A stretch of 64,000 bases of DNA. It comes from a virus. Lineage: Duplodnaviria; Caudoviricetes. Shown here one piece after another: positions 1-10,272 of this stretch. The position numbers and the translations under genes are program-made. The notes beneath the pieces were generated by a model. That model was not told the origin of the DNA. It saw only the letters and a list, made by a program, of their open reading frames with translations, and ran no database searches. The stretch is taken from IMG/VR virus record IMGVR_UViG_3300006149_000006, positions 1-64,000 of that record. One strand, 5' to 3'. Numbering within the stretch: the stretch's first letter is position 1; each line of letters starts with the position of its first letter.

Positions 1-915
1 GCTACAGTTGATGAACTCCCTGATACTCTGAATCAAGAACTTTTAGATTTGGATATGCTTGGGATTGAGTTTCCAAAAGATTTCAAGGGTAATGACAGTA
101 TCCGCAACAACTGGATTGCAGACATGAAACATTTCTGTAAGACATTCCAACCGCCAAAGGGAAAGTTCCAGACTGAGCAACTGATTATCTATCCTTTGTC
201 TGAGGACAGGTATATTCAGGGCTACATTGATCTTATTCGTGAAAATGCAGATGGGACTATTTCAATTTACGATTGGAAAACATCTACAGATTTCAAAGCG
301 GCTGATCTTCTGCATCATGGGCGGCAGCTTGTTCTTTATGCTCTGGCAAAAGAGGCAGAGGGGTATACGGTGCGTGATGTGTCATGGATTATGCTGAAAT
401 ACTGCGAAGTCAAATTCATGGGTAAGAAGCGGTCTAATTCTAAGAATAAGACTGAAATTGTAAAAGTTTTGAATCGCGGTAAACTGGTTAGCGAATTGAA
501 ACATCATATTGAAAATGATCTTGAAGATCTTGGTTATGATGAGATTGACATTGAAATTATGATCAAAAATGCTCTTAAAGAAAATTCTTTGGATGTGTTA
601 CCGCAAGAAGTTCAAAAGAGGTATATTGTTAAACCTTATGTACGGCGATATGAGATCACCGATGACCTGCGGCAGGAAACGATTGACTATTTGAAGCAGA
701 TGGCAGATTTGTTTGAATCTCTTGATCCTGATGACGAAAGTCAGTGGCCACCCCGGCAACTTACACGTGTAACCGGAAGCGGTAAAGCGGTTGAGGATAC
801 GTTCTTCTGTAATAACTTGTGTAATTTCCGAAAGACTTGTGTTCATATTAAGCGTTTTAATGATCAATGGGAATTGCGCAAACTTGACAACGATGAAGAC
901 GCAGATTTGTTTTAA
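1..915 (+). CDS. PD-(D/E)XK (RecB/Cas4-like) nuclease, 5' partial
   Basis: Frame is open from base 1; GYIDL...IYDWKT motif, QL..YA, and C-terminal CNNLCNFRKTC cluster. Confidence 0.8.
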   Translation, partial: ATVDELPDTLNQELLDLDMLGIEFPKDFKGNDSIRNNWIADMKHFCKTFQPPKGKFQTEQLIIYPLSEDRYIQGYIDLIRENADGTISIYDWKTSTDFKAADLLHHGRQLVLYALAKEAEGYTVRDVSWIMLKYCEVKFMGKKRSNSKNKTEIVKVLNRGKLVSELKHHIENDLEDLGYDEIDIEIMIKNALKENSLDVLPQEVQKRYIVKPYVRRYEITDDLRQETIDYLKQMADLFESLDPDDESQWPPRQLTRVTGSGKAVEDTFFCNNLCNFRKTCVHIKRFNDQWELRKLDNDEDADLF

Positions 916-926
916 GGAGGAGTAAA

Positions 927-1283
927 ATGTTGAAAATTATTGTTGCTGGTGGTCGAGACTTTAATAATTATGAATTTCTGAAACAAACTGTTAATCAGTT
1001 TCTTTCGGTTAATTCAGTGGTTGATCCGTATATTGTATGCGGTAGAGCAAGAGGAGCTGATACTCTTGGTGAAAAATTTGCAAGAGAATATAATTATCGA
1101 ATTTGTTACTTTCCGGCGAATTGGGATACATACGGCAAATCTGCTGGATTTGTTCGTAATGTTGAAATGGCAGAAAACGCAGATGCTCTAGTTGCTTTTT
1201 GGGATGGCAAAAGTTCTGGAACAAAACATATGATTGAAACTGCAAGAAAATATGGTTTGAAGGTTCTTGTACAGGAGTATTAA
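927..1283 (+). CDS. SLOG/YspA-like (DUF2493) protein
   Basis: IIVAGGRDF, G.ARGAD, AG..RN..M and AFWDGKS.GT motifs; RBS aaggagg. Confidence 0.85.
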   Translation: MLKIIVAGGRDFNNYEFLKQTVNQFLSVNSVVDPYIVCGRARGADTLGEKFAREYNYRICYFPANWDTYGKSAGFVRNVEMAENADALVAFWDGKSSGTKHMIETARKYGLKVLVQEY

Positions 1284-1284
1284 A

Positions 1285-1518
1285 ATGAAAACAGAAAGTG
1301 GTCAAGCATTTCATAAAAAAGATTGTCTATCAGAAATGTTGCTAACACGTAAATATCGACCAGAAGACGAATCACTCGTTTACACTTGCAGAAATAATAT
1401 GATTATGTGTGTAGCAGTAAATAATATAGATGCAGATACAATTACAGAAATTGATAAAAAGGCGTTAGATTCCATACAAATTCAACAATGCTTTAAATGT
1501 TCTCATCTTCAGCAATAA
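1285..1518 (+). CDS. Hypothetical protein
   Basis: ATG at 1285 after aggag; ORF only. Confidence 0.4.
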   Translation: MKTESGQAFHKKDCLSEMLLTRKYRPEDESLVYTCRNNMIMCVAVNNIDADTITEIDKKALDSIQIQQCFKCSHLQQ

Positions 1519-1725
1519 TATTATATTTATCGCAATATCTGCGACGAGTTTGTAATTCATTTTTGTTAGTTATATCTGAAAACTCCATAAACGCGAGAGA
1601 AGCATCATTGGGAATTTGATATACAGAAAGCATTCTAACTTTTTCCAGATTTTCTCGAATTGTATAATACCACTTAAATGTTTCCCACAATAAATGCAAG
1701 TATGTTCTCCTTGAATCATTGCCAT
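1493..1725 (-). pseudogene. Frameshifted small zinc-ribbon-like gene, antisense to the operon
   Basis: MAMIQGEHTCIYCG changes frame into TFKWYY...RRYC; RBS taggag and TTGTAT-17-TATACT promoter upstream. Confidence 0.4.
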
Positions 1726-1812
1726 TTGGTTTGTCTCCTAATATATTTATATTAAGTATAGCATATCAGCACGACTAATACAAGTGATTTCATACAAAGA
1801 AAGGATGATTTA

Positions 1813-4800
1813 ATGCAAAATTACCATCGTCATACGTCCTATAGTAATCCATGGGGATTTAAGGATTCTGCTGCTGTAAATGAAGATTACGCTAAACGTG
1901 CGGTTGAATTAGGGCACAAGGTAATATCCAGCGTAGAACATGGTTACCAAGGTTACTATTTTGAAACATTTGAATTAGCAAAACAATATGATTTGAAATT
2001 TATCTTTGGATGCGAAGCATATTGGGTAAAAAATCGACATGAAAAAGATAGAACAAATGCACATATCATTATACTTGCTAAAAACGAAAATGGACGTAGA
2101 GCAATTAATTCTATTCTTTCTACTGCAAATGAAGATGGTTATTACTTCCGCCCTCGTGTTGACATGGAACTGCTACTTAGTCTGCCAGCAAATGATGTAA
2201 TAATTACAACGGCCTGTATTGCATTCTGGCGTTATGAAGACATTGAAGATTTACTTATTCAGTTACATAACTATTTCAAGAACAATCTGTTTCTTGAGAT
2301 TCAATATCACAATACAGAGTCGCAAATTGCTTTGAACAAGCGTATTTTGGAGTTATCTGAAAAAAACGGAATTGAAATGATTGCTGGTATGGATAGTCAT
2401 TACATTTATCCAGAAGAAAAGGTAGAACGTGATTTCATGCTTGCCTCTAACCCTTTACGTAATGAGGAAGAAGAGGGCTGGTATATGGATTATCCAGATG
2501 ATGAAACCACCATGCAACGCTTCTTAATGCAGGACATATTTACTAAAGAGCAGATTCAAAAGGCAATGAATAATACTGATCTGCTACTGGATTTTGATGA
2601 TTACTCTATTTTACCGAATGGTGAGCCTAATCCGATTTTTTCAAAGGATATTAAACTCCCCACCCTATATGATGGTAAGCATGAAATTGATGGTAAGTTA
2701 CTGCCCAAGTTGACACAGGAACAACGTAATAAAGAATACAGTAAATTGATTACACGCCTTTTCAAAGAATATATGAAAGGTGTACCGCCTGAACAATATG
2801 ATGAGTATTTTGAAGGTGTTAAAACAGAAGTTCAGGTTATTAAGGACACAAATATGTCAGATTATTTCCTGATTGACTATTACATGGTCAAACGAGCAAT
2901 CGAAATGGGAGGCGTTTTGACTAACTCTGGTCGTGGTAGTTCTGTAGGATATTTCACCAATACACTTCTTGGATTCTCGAAGGTAGACCGTTTCCAATCT
3001 CCAATCAAACTTTATCCAGAGCGATTTATCAGTAAAAGCCGTATTTTAGAAACGAAATCATTACCGGATATAGACCTAAATTGGGGGACTCCTGATATCG
3101 CAGCGGAAGCACAGAAGCAGATTCTTGGTAAGGATCATGCCTATCCTATGATTGCCTTTGGCACGTGTAAAAAGAAGAGTGCTTTCAAACTTTATTCAAG
3201 AGCGCAAAATATGGATTTTAATCTTGCAAATACGATTTCAACACAAATTGAAAAGTACGATGAAGCTTTAAAATATGCAGATGATGATGAAAAAGATGAA
3301 ATTGACATTTACGATTACGTAGATAAGGAATATCATTCGTATATTGATGCAAGTAAAAAATATCAAGGCATCATTATGGATAAGAAAAAAGCTCCTTGCG
3401 CTTATTTGCTTTATAGTGGAAGCATTCGTGAAGAAATCGGTTTGATTAAATGTAAAAGTGAATCAACCAAAAAAGAATACATAACTGCAGTTATCGATGG
3501 CGCAATTGCAGAAAATTATAAGTTCTTGAAGAATGACATTCTTAAAGTTGATGTTGTTTTACTTGTTGATATGATTTATAAACGTATCGGTATTAAACCC
3601 CATACAGTCAATCAGCTTATAGAGCTGGTTAAGAATGACCAGCTGGTATGGGGTATCTATGCTAATGGTTACACGATAGGCGTAAATCAGGTTGAAAAAG
3701 CATCTACTGCCAGAAAGTCGATGAAATATCGGCCAAAGAATGTATCTGAGCTGTCGGCTTTTATTGCAGCTATTCGCCCGGCGTTCAAGTCAATGTATTC
3801 TAAACTTGAAAATCGTGAGGACTTCTCATACGATATTCCTGCTTTTGATAAGATTCTTCAGACAGAAGAACTTCCTCAAAGTTTCATTCTGTATCAAGAG
3901 CAGACAATGAACACTTTGAACTATGCAGGATTTCCAATTGATGAGTGTTATGGAATTATTAAGGCTATTGCTAAAAAGCATCCAGAAAAGGTTCGTCCTT
4001 TGAAGGAACGATTCGTCAATGGGTTTCGTGATCGGATTATGGAGGAAGGGACTCCAAAGGAAAAGGCAGAAGAAGATGCTGCACGAGTATGGCAGATTAT
4101 CTCTGACTCTTGTGACTATGGATTTAATTCAGCCCATGCCTACTGTATGGCGCTGGACAGTCTTTATAACGCATATTTGAAAGCACATTATCCTTATGAA
4201 TTCTATGAGGTTTTGCTTCAAACTTATTCTGACAAGGGTAAAAAAGATAAGGTTGCAGAACTCAAGAAGGAAATGAGTCATGCATTCGGTATCATAGAGG
4301 GTGAGTATAAATTTGGCTTGGACAATAGAAAGTTCGTTGCTGATCCAGAGCATCATACAATTTATCCCTCGTTGCTGTCAATTAAAGGGCTTAGTCAGGG
4401 ATGTGCCAATGACTTATATACGCTTGGCAAAAAGCACTATGATTCATTCTATGAGTTATGGAAAGACCTGAAGAAGAAAAAGAATCTGAATAGTGGCAAG
4501 ATCAATACACTGATTGAGATTGGCTATTTTGATGATTTCGCTTCTATTGGCAAGATTAAGAAGTTTATTGAAATTCTTGATAGGCTTTTCAGTCGATCAC
4601 AGTTTAGCAAGTCTGATCCTCCTGTTGAATTTATTAAATATATTAAAAAGTATTCGGTGGAGACAGAGAAACAGTATCGTAAATTCGACTATGATTCTGC
4701 GCTGCATGAAATCTGGAATGATTTAGATGATATTGATATTTCTCTTAGTGAACGGCTGAAATATGAACTTGATAATATTGGCTATGTAAAGACTTGTATG

Positions 4801-5106
4801 CCTGATATGTCGCCTGATTATTCTTTTGTTCAGGAATATGAATGTAAATATAAAAATCCTAAGTTGACATTGTATCGGTTGTGTGATGGCAGCACTGAAA
4901 TTGTTAAGGTGCGGCGTAAAAAATACGATGAATCACCTATCAACGTGGGCGATATTATTAAGACTATGGAATGTTCGGAGGAAGGTCGTTGGTCAAAAAA
5001 TTCTGAAGGTGAATGGCAACAAAGTTCATCTGACAAAGAACGGATTTTAAAAAAGTGGTCATTTATCAGAGAAAATAAAACAATAGATGAAGGAGAGATG
5101 GATTAA
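1813..5106 (+). CDS. dnaE: DNA polymerase III alpha subunit (PHP + Pol domains)
   Basis: HRHT.YS PHP start, GRGSS, PERF, PDID, K.D.L and YGFN.AHA motifs. Confidence 0.95.
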   Translation: MQNYHRHTSYSNPWGFKDSAAVNEDYAKRAVELGHKVISSVEHGYQGYYFETFELAKQYDLKFIFGCEAYWVKNRHEKDRTNAHIIILAKNENGRRAINSILSTANEDGYYFRPRVDMELLLSLPANDVIITTACIAFWRYEDIEDLLIQLHNYFKNNLFLEIQYHNTESQIALNKRILELSEKNGIEMIAGMDSHYIYPEEKVERDFMLASNPLRNEEEEGWYMDYPDDETTMQRFLMQDIFTKEQIQKAMNNTDLLLDFDDYSILPNGEPNPIFSKDIKLPTLYDGKHEIDGKLLPKLTQEQRNKEYSKLITRLFKEYMKGVPPEQYDEYFEGVKTEVQVIKDTNMSDYFLIDYYMVKRAIEMGGVLTNSGRGSSVGYFTNTLLGFSKVDRFQSPIKLYPERFISKSRILETKSLPDIDLNWGTPDIAAEAQKQILGKDHAYPMIAFGTCKKKSAFKLYSRAQNMDFNLANTISTQIEKYDEALKYADDDEKDEIDIYDYVDKEYHSYIDASKKYQGIIMDKKKAPCAYLLYSGSIREEIGLIKCKSESTKKEYITAVIDGAIAENYKFLKNDILKVDVVLLVDMIYKRIGIKPHTVNQLIELVKNDQLVWGIYANGYTIGVNQVEKASTARKSMKYRPKNVSELSAFIAAIRPAFKSMYSKLENREDFSYDIPAFDKILQTEELPQSFILYQEQTMNTLNYAGFPIDECYGIIKAIAKKHPEKVRPLKERFVNGFRDRIMEEGTPKEKAEEDAARVWQIISDSCDYGFNSAHAYCMALDSLYNAYLKAHYPYEFYEVLLQTYSDKGKKDKVAELKKEMSHAFGIIEGEYKFGLDNRKFVADPEHHTIYPSLLSIKGLSQGCANDLYTLGKKHYDSFYELWKDLKKKKNLNSGKINTLIEIGYFDDFASIGKIKKFIEILDRLFSRSQFSKSDPPVEFIKYIKKYSVETEKQYRKFDYDSALHEIWNDLDDIDISLSERLKYELDNIGYVKTCMPDMSPDYSFVQEYECKYKNPKLTLYRLCDGSTEIVKVRRKKYDESPINVGDIIKTMECSEEGRWSKNSEGEWQQSSSDKERILKKWSFIRENKTIDEGEMD

Positions 5107-5229
5107 TACGCTCGAATGACTGATAGCACTGAATTCTTGTATAGTATCAATCGAGGTTTATATCCAAAGTTTTATACATTTTCAGCATTAAAAGCCAGTT
5201 AAAAATACAAATCGTAAAAGGGGGTTATA

Positions 5230-5499
5230 ATGAATCTAAGCAGATATGAGCAGGAGACTATCTTCAATTACAATAACGAAGAAAAAAACGCATATATCTT
5301 TACATATGACAAATCGCTTATACGAAAGATCGATAACAAACTGTCTGAGTATCCAGATATCAAAGTCGTTCGAAGAGGAGAATACTGGGCTGAATATAGT
5401 ATGCCTAAGAAATGGATTAAAGTAAGATTTCCCAGAATTTTATCTGATGAGCAAAAGTCAGAAATCTCAAATCGAATGAAAGCAGCGAGAAAAAAATAG
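5230..5499 (+). CDS. Conserved hypothetical protein
   Basis: LSRYEQETI.NYN pattern typical of clostridial mobile elements; RBS present. Confidence 0.65.
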   Translation: MNLSRYEQETIFNYNNEEKNAYIFTYDKSLIRKIDNKLSEYPDIKVVRRGEYWAEYSMPKKWIKVRFPRILSDEQKSEISNRMKAARKK

Positions 5500-5513
5500 T
5501 AATAACAAGTGAG

Positions 5514-6059
5514 GTGATATTTATTTTAGAATTGTACAAGTATACAGACAAAGAAATCGAACAATTAGTAAAATCTATTGTAGTTCTTACTGATACCCGT
5601 GAAAAATGCAACTCTCATATTCTTGATTGGTTCGACAAAAATAAAATGCCCCATAAGACAAAGGCGTTATCAAATGGAGATTATAGTTTTTATGTGCCAG
5701 CAAATCCCGAACTGAATATTGAACGTGATCTATACTTTGACAAAGAGATTATGGTAGAGCGAAAAGGTTCTCTGGAGGAATTAAGCGGCAACTTCTCTCA
5801 GCATCGTGCAAGATTTGAAGAAGAAATGGCTACATATCCCGGCGTAAAATATCTGCTGGTAGAGAATGCAAACTATCAAGATATTATTACAGGTAAGTAT
5901 AATACTAAGTTTTCAACTAAAGCCTATCTTGCCAGTCTACATACATTTAATCATCGGTATGGCCTCCAGATGATGTTTATGCCTGATCCCAAATACTCTG
6001 GATATTATTTATATGGTGTGTTTATATATTTTCTTAAAAGTATTCTCAGACGAAGTTGA
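5514..6059 (+). CDS. ERCC4-domain nuclease
   Basis: DTRE, L..GDY and VERKGSLEEL motifs. Confidence 0.88.
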   Translation: MIFILELYKYTDKEIEQLVKSIVVLTDTREKCNSHILDWFDKNKMPHKTKALSNGDYSFYVPANPELNIERDLYFDKEIMVERKGSLEELSGNFSQHRARFEEEMATYPGVKYLLVENANYQDIITGKYNTKFSTKAYLASLHTFNHRYGLQMMFMPDPKYSGYYLYGVFIYFLKSILRRS

Positions 6060-6113
6060 TGTATAGTAAATATTTCTTGCTATGAAAATACAGATAAAAA
6101 GAAAGGTGAAAGT

Positions 6114-8114
6114 ATGAATCAAAACATAAAATCTCTTGTAGCAGAACTGAATGAATATCGCGATGCTTACTATAACCGGTCAGATCCTCTTGTTACAGAT
6201 GCAGAATATGATGCATTATTTAATAAATTGAAACAGCTAGAGCATGAAAGTGGGATTGTTCTTAGCAATTCTCCAACACAGACTGTTGGGTACGAAGTAA
6301 AAAGTAAACTGAATAAGGTCAAACACGATATTCCCTTGTTATCACTCGATAAGACAAAAGATATTAATACAATTCTTGATTTTTCTAAAGCAAATCCTTG
6401 CCTTTTAATGTTGAAACTCGATGGATTGACTGTTGAACTTCTGTACAAGGATGGATTATTGATTCAGGCATCTACTCGTGGCGATGGACATATCGGTGAA
6501 GATATTACACATAATGCTAAGGTGTTTAATAATATTCCGCTCACAATACCGTATAAAGGATTATTACGCGTAACCGGTGAAGCTATCATTCATAAACAAG
6601 ATTTTAACACTATCAATGATAATCTATCTACAGATGAAAAAGCATATGCCAATGCTCGTAATCTTGTATCCGGATCAGTCCGGCAACTTGATAGTAAGAT
6701 ATGTGCAAATCGTAATGTATGCTTCATCTTATGGGATGTATTAGAGGGGTTAGATGAAGAATGTGATAATGCCCGGTCTGATAAAATTGCTCATTGTGTT
6801 CGTATGGGATTTGAGAGTTCTATAACCAAATATTTTGTCTATGAATGGGCGAAGGAATATTTGCCTGAATGGATTGAAGAGATGAAATATGCAGCTGAAA
6901 AAGAAGGAATACCTATTGACGGGCTTGTGATAAAATACGATAGCATTACATATTCGAAACAGTTAGGCGGAACATCTCATCACAACAACGATGGATTAGC
7001 GTTTAAATTTGAAGATGAAGTAGTCGAGAGTAGACTGCAGAATATAGAATGGTCACTTGGGAGAAGTGGTCAGCTTATACCAGTTGCAGTCTTTGACCCA
7101 ATTAAAATCGGCGGAACAATTATATCACGGGCTTCTCTTCATAATGTTACTGTGATGAAGAATTTACTCGGTGATTTCCCACACAATTCTCAAAAAATAT
7201 TTGTTATGAAAGCAAATCAGATTATACCTCAAATTGTGACTGCCGAAAAGCGGCTCCCTTCTGATTCAGAAATGATTCCTGAACATTCTGATTGTTTCAA
7301 AATTCCTGATTGTTGTCCAGTATGTGGATTTCCTACAATCCTTGAGAAATCAAACAATACAGAAATCGTATCATGCGTGAATCCTCATTGCACAGGAAAA
7401 AGACTCAGCCGATTTGAACATTTCGTCAGCAAGCAAGCGATGAACATTGAAGGGATATCTACATCTACGCTTGAACATTTTATTGAAAAGAATTGGTTGA
7501 AAGAATTTGTTGATATTTATAAACTGGATCAACACAGAAACGAAATTATTAGAATGAACGGTTTTGGTGAACGAGCCTACGATAAATTATGGGACGCAAT
7601 TCAAACATCGCGAACTGTTAGTCTCGATAAATTTCTTGTTTCGCTGGGCATTCCAACAATAGGTACAACCGCAGCAAAATCAATCTCCAATTATTGTCAC
7701 GGGGATATTTCAGAATTCGAATACTTAATCAATCAGGACTTTGATTGGAGTATATTAGATGATTTTGGCCAGACTACTTCTGACAATATTAAAAATTGGT
7801 TCAATGATCCATTTAATGCAACAAACTATGTTGATTTGCTAAATTTCATTCAAATTCAAAAGCCGGAGGTAAAAGAAATTAAGAGTTCTGCATTCGTTAA
7901 TAAAACAGTTGTTGTTACTGGCACGCTTAAGCATTTCACGCGCGATAGTATTACTGATAAGTTAGAAGAACTTGGCGCGAATGTTTCTGGTTCTGTTTCT
8001 AAAAAGACTAATTACCTTATCGCTGGCGAAAAGGCGGGATCTAAGCTTTCAAAAGCCCGACAGTTCGGGGTAAATATTCTAACTGAAAATCAATTTTTGG
8101 AGATGATATCATGA
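6114..8114 (+). CDS. ligA: NAD-dependent DNA ligase
   Basis: KLDG, TRGDG, DGLVIK, Cys4 zinc finger and C-terminal BRCT (GSVSKKT...GEKAGSKL). Confidence 0.96.
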   Translation: MNQNIKSLVAELNEYRDAYYNRSDPLVTDAEYDALFNKLKQLEHESGIVLSNSPTQTVGYEVKSKLNKVKHDIPLLSLDKTKDINTILDFSKANPCLLMLKLDGLTVELLYKDGLLIQASTRGDGHIGEDITHNAKVFNNIPLTIPYKGLLRVTGEAIIHKQDFNTINDNLSTDEKAYANARNLVSGSVRQLDSKICANRNVCFILWDVLEGLDEECDNARSDKIAHCVRMGFESSITKYFVYEWAKEYLPEWIEEMKYAAEKEGIPIDGLVIKYDSITYSKQLGGTSHHNNDGLAFKFEDEVVESRLQNIEWSLGRSGQLIPVAVFDPIKIGGTIISRASLHNVTVMKNLLGDFPHNSQKIFVMKANQIIPQIVTAEKRLPSDSEMIPEHSDCFKIPDCCPVCGFPTILEKSNNTEIVSCVNPHCTGKRLSRFEHFVSKQAMNIEGISTSTLEHFIEKNWLKEFVDIYKLDQHRNEIIRMNGFGERAYDKLWDAIQTSRTVSLDKFLVSLGIPTIGTTAAKSISNYCHGDISEFEYLINQDFDWSILDDFGQTTSDNIKNWFNDPFNATNYVDLLNFIQIQKPEVKEIKSSAFVNKTVVVTGTLKHFTRDSITDKLEELGANVSGSVSKKTNYLIAGEKAGSKLSKARQFGVNILTENQFLEMIS

Positions 8115-8294
8115 AAAGACTCTTTGAGCGGATACTTAAGTATTGTCCCTACTGTGGTTACTGGTTTCAGTGGACAACTAAGCGTCGCAGGAAGAGCACA
8201 GAATACAAAAAGCAAATAGGAGGGCGATCTTGGTTATTGTGAAGTAATGGATTATTTGGGAATACCATATCAAATTAAAAAGGAATGAATTTAT

Positions 8295-8867
8295 ATGAAA
8301 AAAACATTGTTTGCTTTAACTGCAGTTTTTCTATTAGCGTGTACATATACAACTGCATGTTCAAAGCATGAAAAAATGGTTTCACATGCGGTAATGAGTA
8401 CAGGAGTGCATGTTCAAAATAAAATTGTTGAGTATGCAAAAAACTCGCCAGACATTCAAGAAAAGCTTCCGTTTTATCACGAGATTGCTAAGAATATTAC
8501 TTCTGCAGATAGAGATATTCTTGCAAAAATTGTTTATCTGGAAGCGCGGGATCAATCATATCTTGGGCAGAAAGCAGTTGCTGAGGTGATATTTAATCGT
8601 ATTTTAAGTGATGAATTTCCTGATACCGTTGAAAAGGTAATATTTCAAAAGAATCAGTTTACTCCTGCTTATCGTATTCCTTATACAACTCCAACGCAGG
8701 AGCAATATGATGCAGTCGATGAAGTTCTATCTGAAATTTATACTGTATTAGATGCCGGTGTTGTTTTCTTTTCAATGGGACAATACAACAAATATCTATA
8801 TGAAAAAATAGGGGATCACTATTTTTGTTACTCTAAAAAATCTTATGAAATGAAGAAAGGATATTGA
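8295..8867 (+). CDS. SleB/Hydrolase_2-family cell wall hydrolase with N-terminal signal
   Basis: LA.IV.LEA...G..AVA.VI.NR..S..FP.T...VI.Q..QF and IGDH.F motifs. Confidence 0.85.
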   Translation: MKKTLFALTAVFLLACTYTTACSKHEKMVSHAVMSTGVHVQNKIVEYAKNSPDIQEKLPFYHEIAKNITSADRDILAKIVYLEARDQSYLGQKAVAEVIFNRILSDEFPDTVEKVIFQKNQFTPAYRIPYTTPTQEQYDAVDEVLSEIYTVLDAGVVFFSMGQYNKYLYEKIGDHYFCYSKKSYEMKKGY

Positions 8868-9052
8868 ACATGAATCGAAACAAATACAGAGAGCAGAAGC
8901 CAAAGACTTGTAATAATGTCCAGTGTATGGAATGTGGCACATCGAGTAGGACATTGCGAAAAATTAGAAAACCAAACGGCGGCAAAGGATACATTTGCAA
9001 ATATTGTTTTGATACATATTACAAGGGAAGCTGTTAACCAAGGAGGATATTT

Positions 9053-9724
9053 ATGATTTTTATTGAAAAAACACAAGTCCTTGGCCTAGAGCCTGCTATT
9101 AGAGGTATGCGAAATCCAATGAATAGCTGGTCGAAGTCCGATAGTGGTTTACAGTATTGGGGCGATAGATGCCATGATGATTTCAAAGTAGGCAAAGCAG
9201 ATCACGACTTAATGATGCGTCTTGCTGCTGGTGGTTCAGTGCACGCCAAGTATCGCCGTATGATCACGGTATATGTTGATATTACCGCCCCGCTCTACTG
9301 GTGGAAGGAATTCGATACCTATAAGGTGGGTACAGTAGCCAATTCCTGCTCCACTATGCACAAGATTCATGCGAAGGAGTTCAGCTACGGCGACTTTAGC
9401 TGTGAACATCTTCTGGGGTATGATGATCTTAATTGGGGCGATGTATGCCCGCTTTCGGTTCTTGATTCAACGATTTGTGCACTGAATGTCTATCGTAAGA
9501 AATTCCTTGACACCAGCGATAACAAGTATTGGTGGCAGCTGATTCAGTTGCTCCCCTCCAGCTACAACCAAAAGCGGACAGTTATGCTGAACTATGAAGT
9601 CCTGGCGAGTATTTATCCGATGCGGAAAGACCACAAATTGGACGAGTGGCGTGAATTCTGTAAATGGATCGAATCTCTCTTTCATTCTGAAATTATCACT
9701 GGTATCAAGGAGGAATTAGCTTGA
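9053..9724 (+). CDS. ThyX-like (flavin-dependent thymidylate synthase fold) protein
   Basis: RGMRNP, H.KY.R and APLYWWKEFDTY...SCSTMH, R..HKL.EW; sits next to the dNMP kinase. Confidence 0.6.
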   Translation: MIFIEKTQVLGLEPAIRGMRNPMNSWSKSDSGLQYWGDRCHDDFKVGKADHDLMMRLAAGGSVHAKYRRMITVYVDITAPLYWWKEFDTYKVGTVANSCSTMHKIHAKEFSYGDFSCEHLLGYDDLNWGDVCPLSVLDSTICALNVYRKKFLDTSDNKYWWQLIQLLPSSYNQKRTVMLNYEVLASIYPMRKDHKLDEWREFCKWIESLFHSEIITGIKEELA

Positions 9725-10272
9725 AAGTTATTGTAATTTCCGGTCATGCCGGTCATGGCAAAGATACATTGGCGTATATGATGAAGGACTATTTAGAAGA
9801 AACTGATAATCGTGTATTGATCACGCATTTCGGAGACTTACTTAAATACATATGTAAAACACTATTTGACTGGGATGGTAAAAAAGATGATGCTGGTCGT
9901 TCCCTCTTGCAGTATGTCGGAACTGATATAGTCAGAAAACAGCAGCCCGACTTTTTTATAGATTTTTTAGTCAATATTTTAAAATTATTTCCAAGCGAAT
10001 GGGATTATATATTGATTCCCGATTGTAGATTTCCTAACGAAATTACATGTTTCAGAGAAAATGAAATTAATGTTATACATATTAGAATTAATCGTACAAA
10101 TTTCGATTCGGGATTAAGTGAAGACCAGCTCAAGCATTTATCAGAAACCATGTTGGACAATTATTCTGCAGATTATTATGTTTTAAATGATTCTACAAGA
10201 GAAAACTTAAAATATAAAGCTCTTGAAATCATAAATAAAATTGAAAAGGAGGCTTCAAATGGTTGTAATTAA
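9721..10272 (+). CDS. Deoxynucleoside monophosphate kinase
   Basis: SGHAGHGKDT P-loop, R.LLQ.VGT, D.RF.NE and H.SE motifs. Confidence 0.85.
   Translation: MKVIVISGHAGHGKDTLAYMMKDYLEETDNRVLITHFGDLLKYICKTLFDWDGKKDDAGRSLLQYVGTDIVRKQQPDFFIDFLVNILKLFPSEWDYILIPDCRFPNEITCFRENEINVIHIRINRTNFDSGLSEDQLKHLSETMLDNYSADYYVLNDSTRENLKYKALEIINKIEKEASNGCN

Noticed and set aside
1-915. CRISPR cas4
   Set aside because: No cas1/cas2 or array; typical stand-alone phage PD-(D/E)XK nuclease
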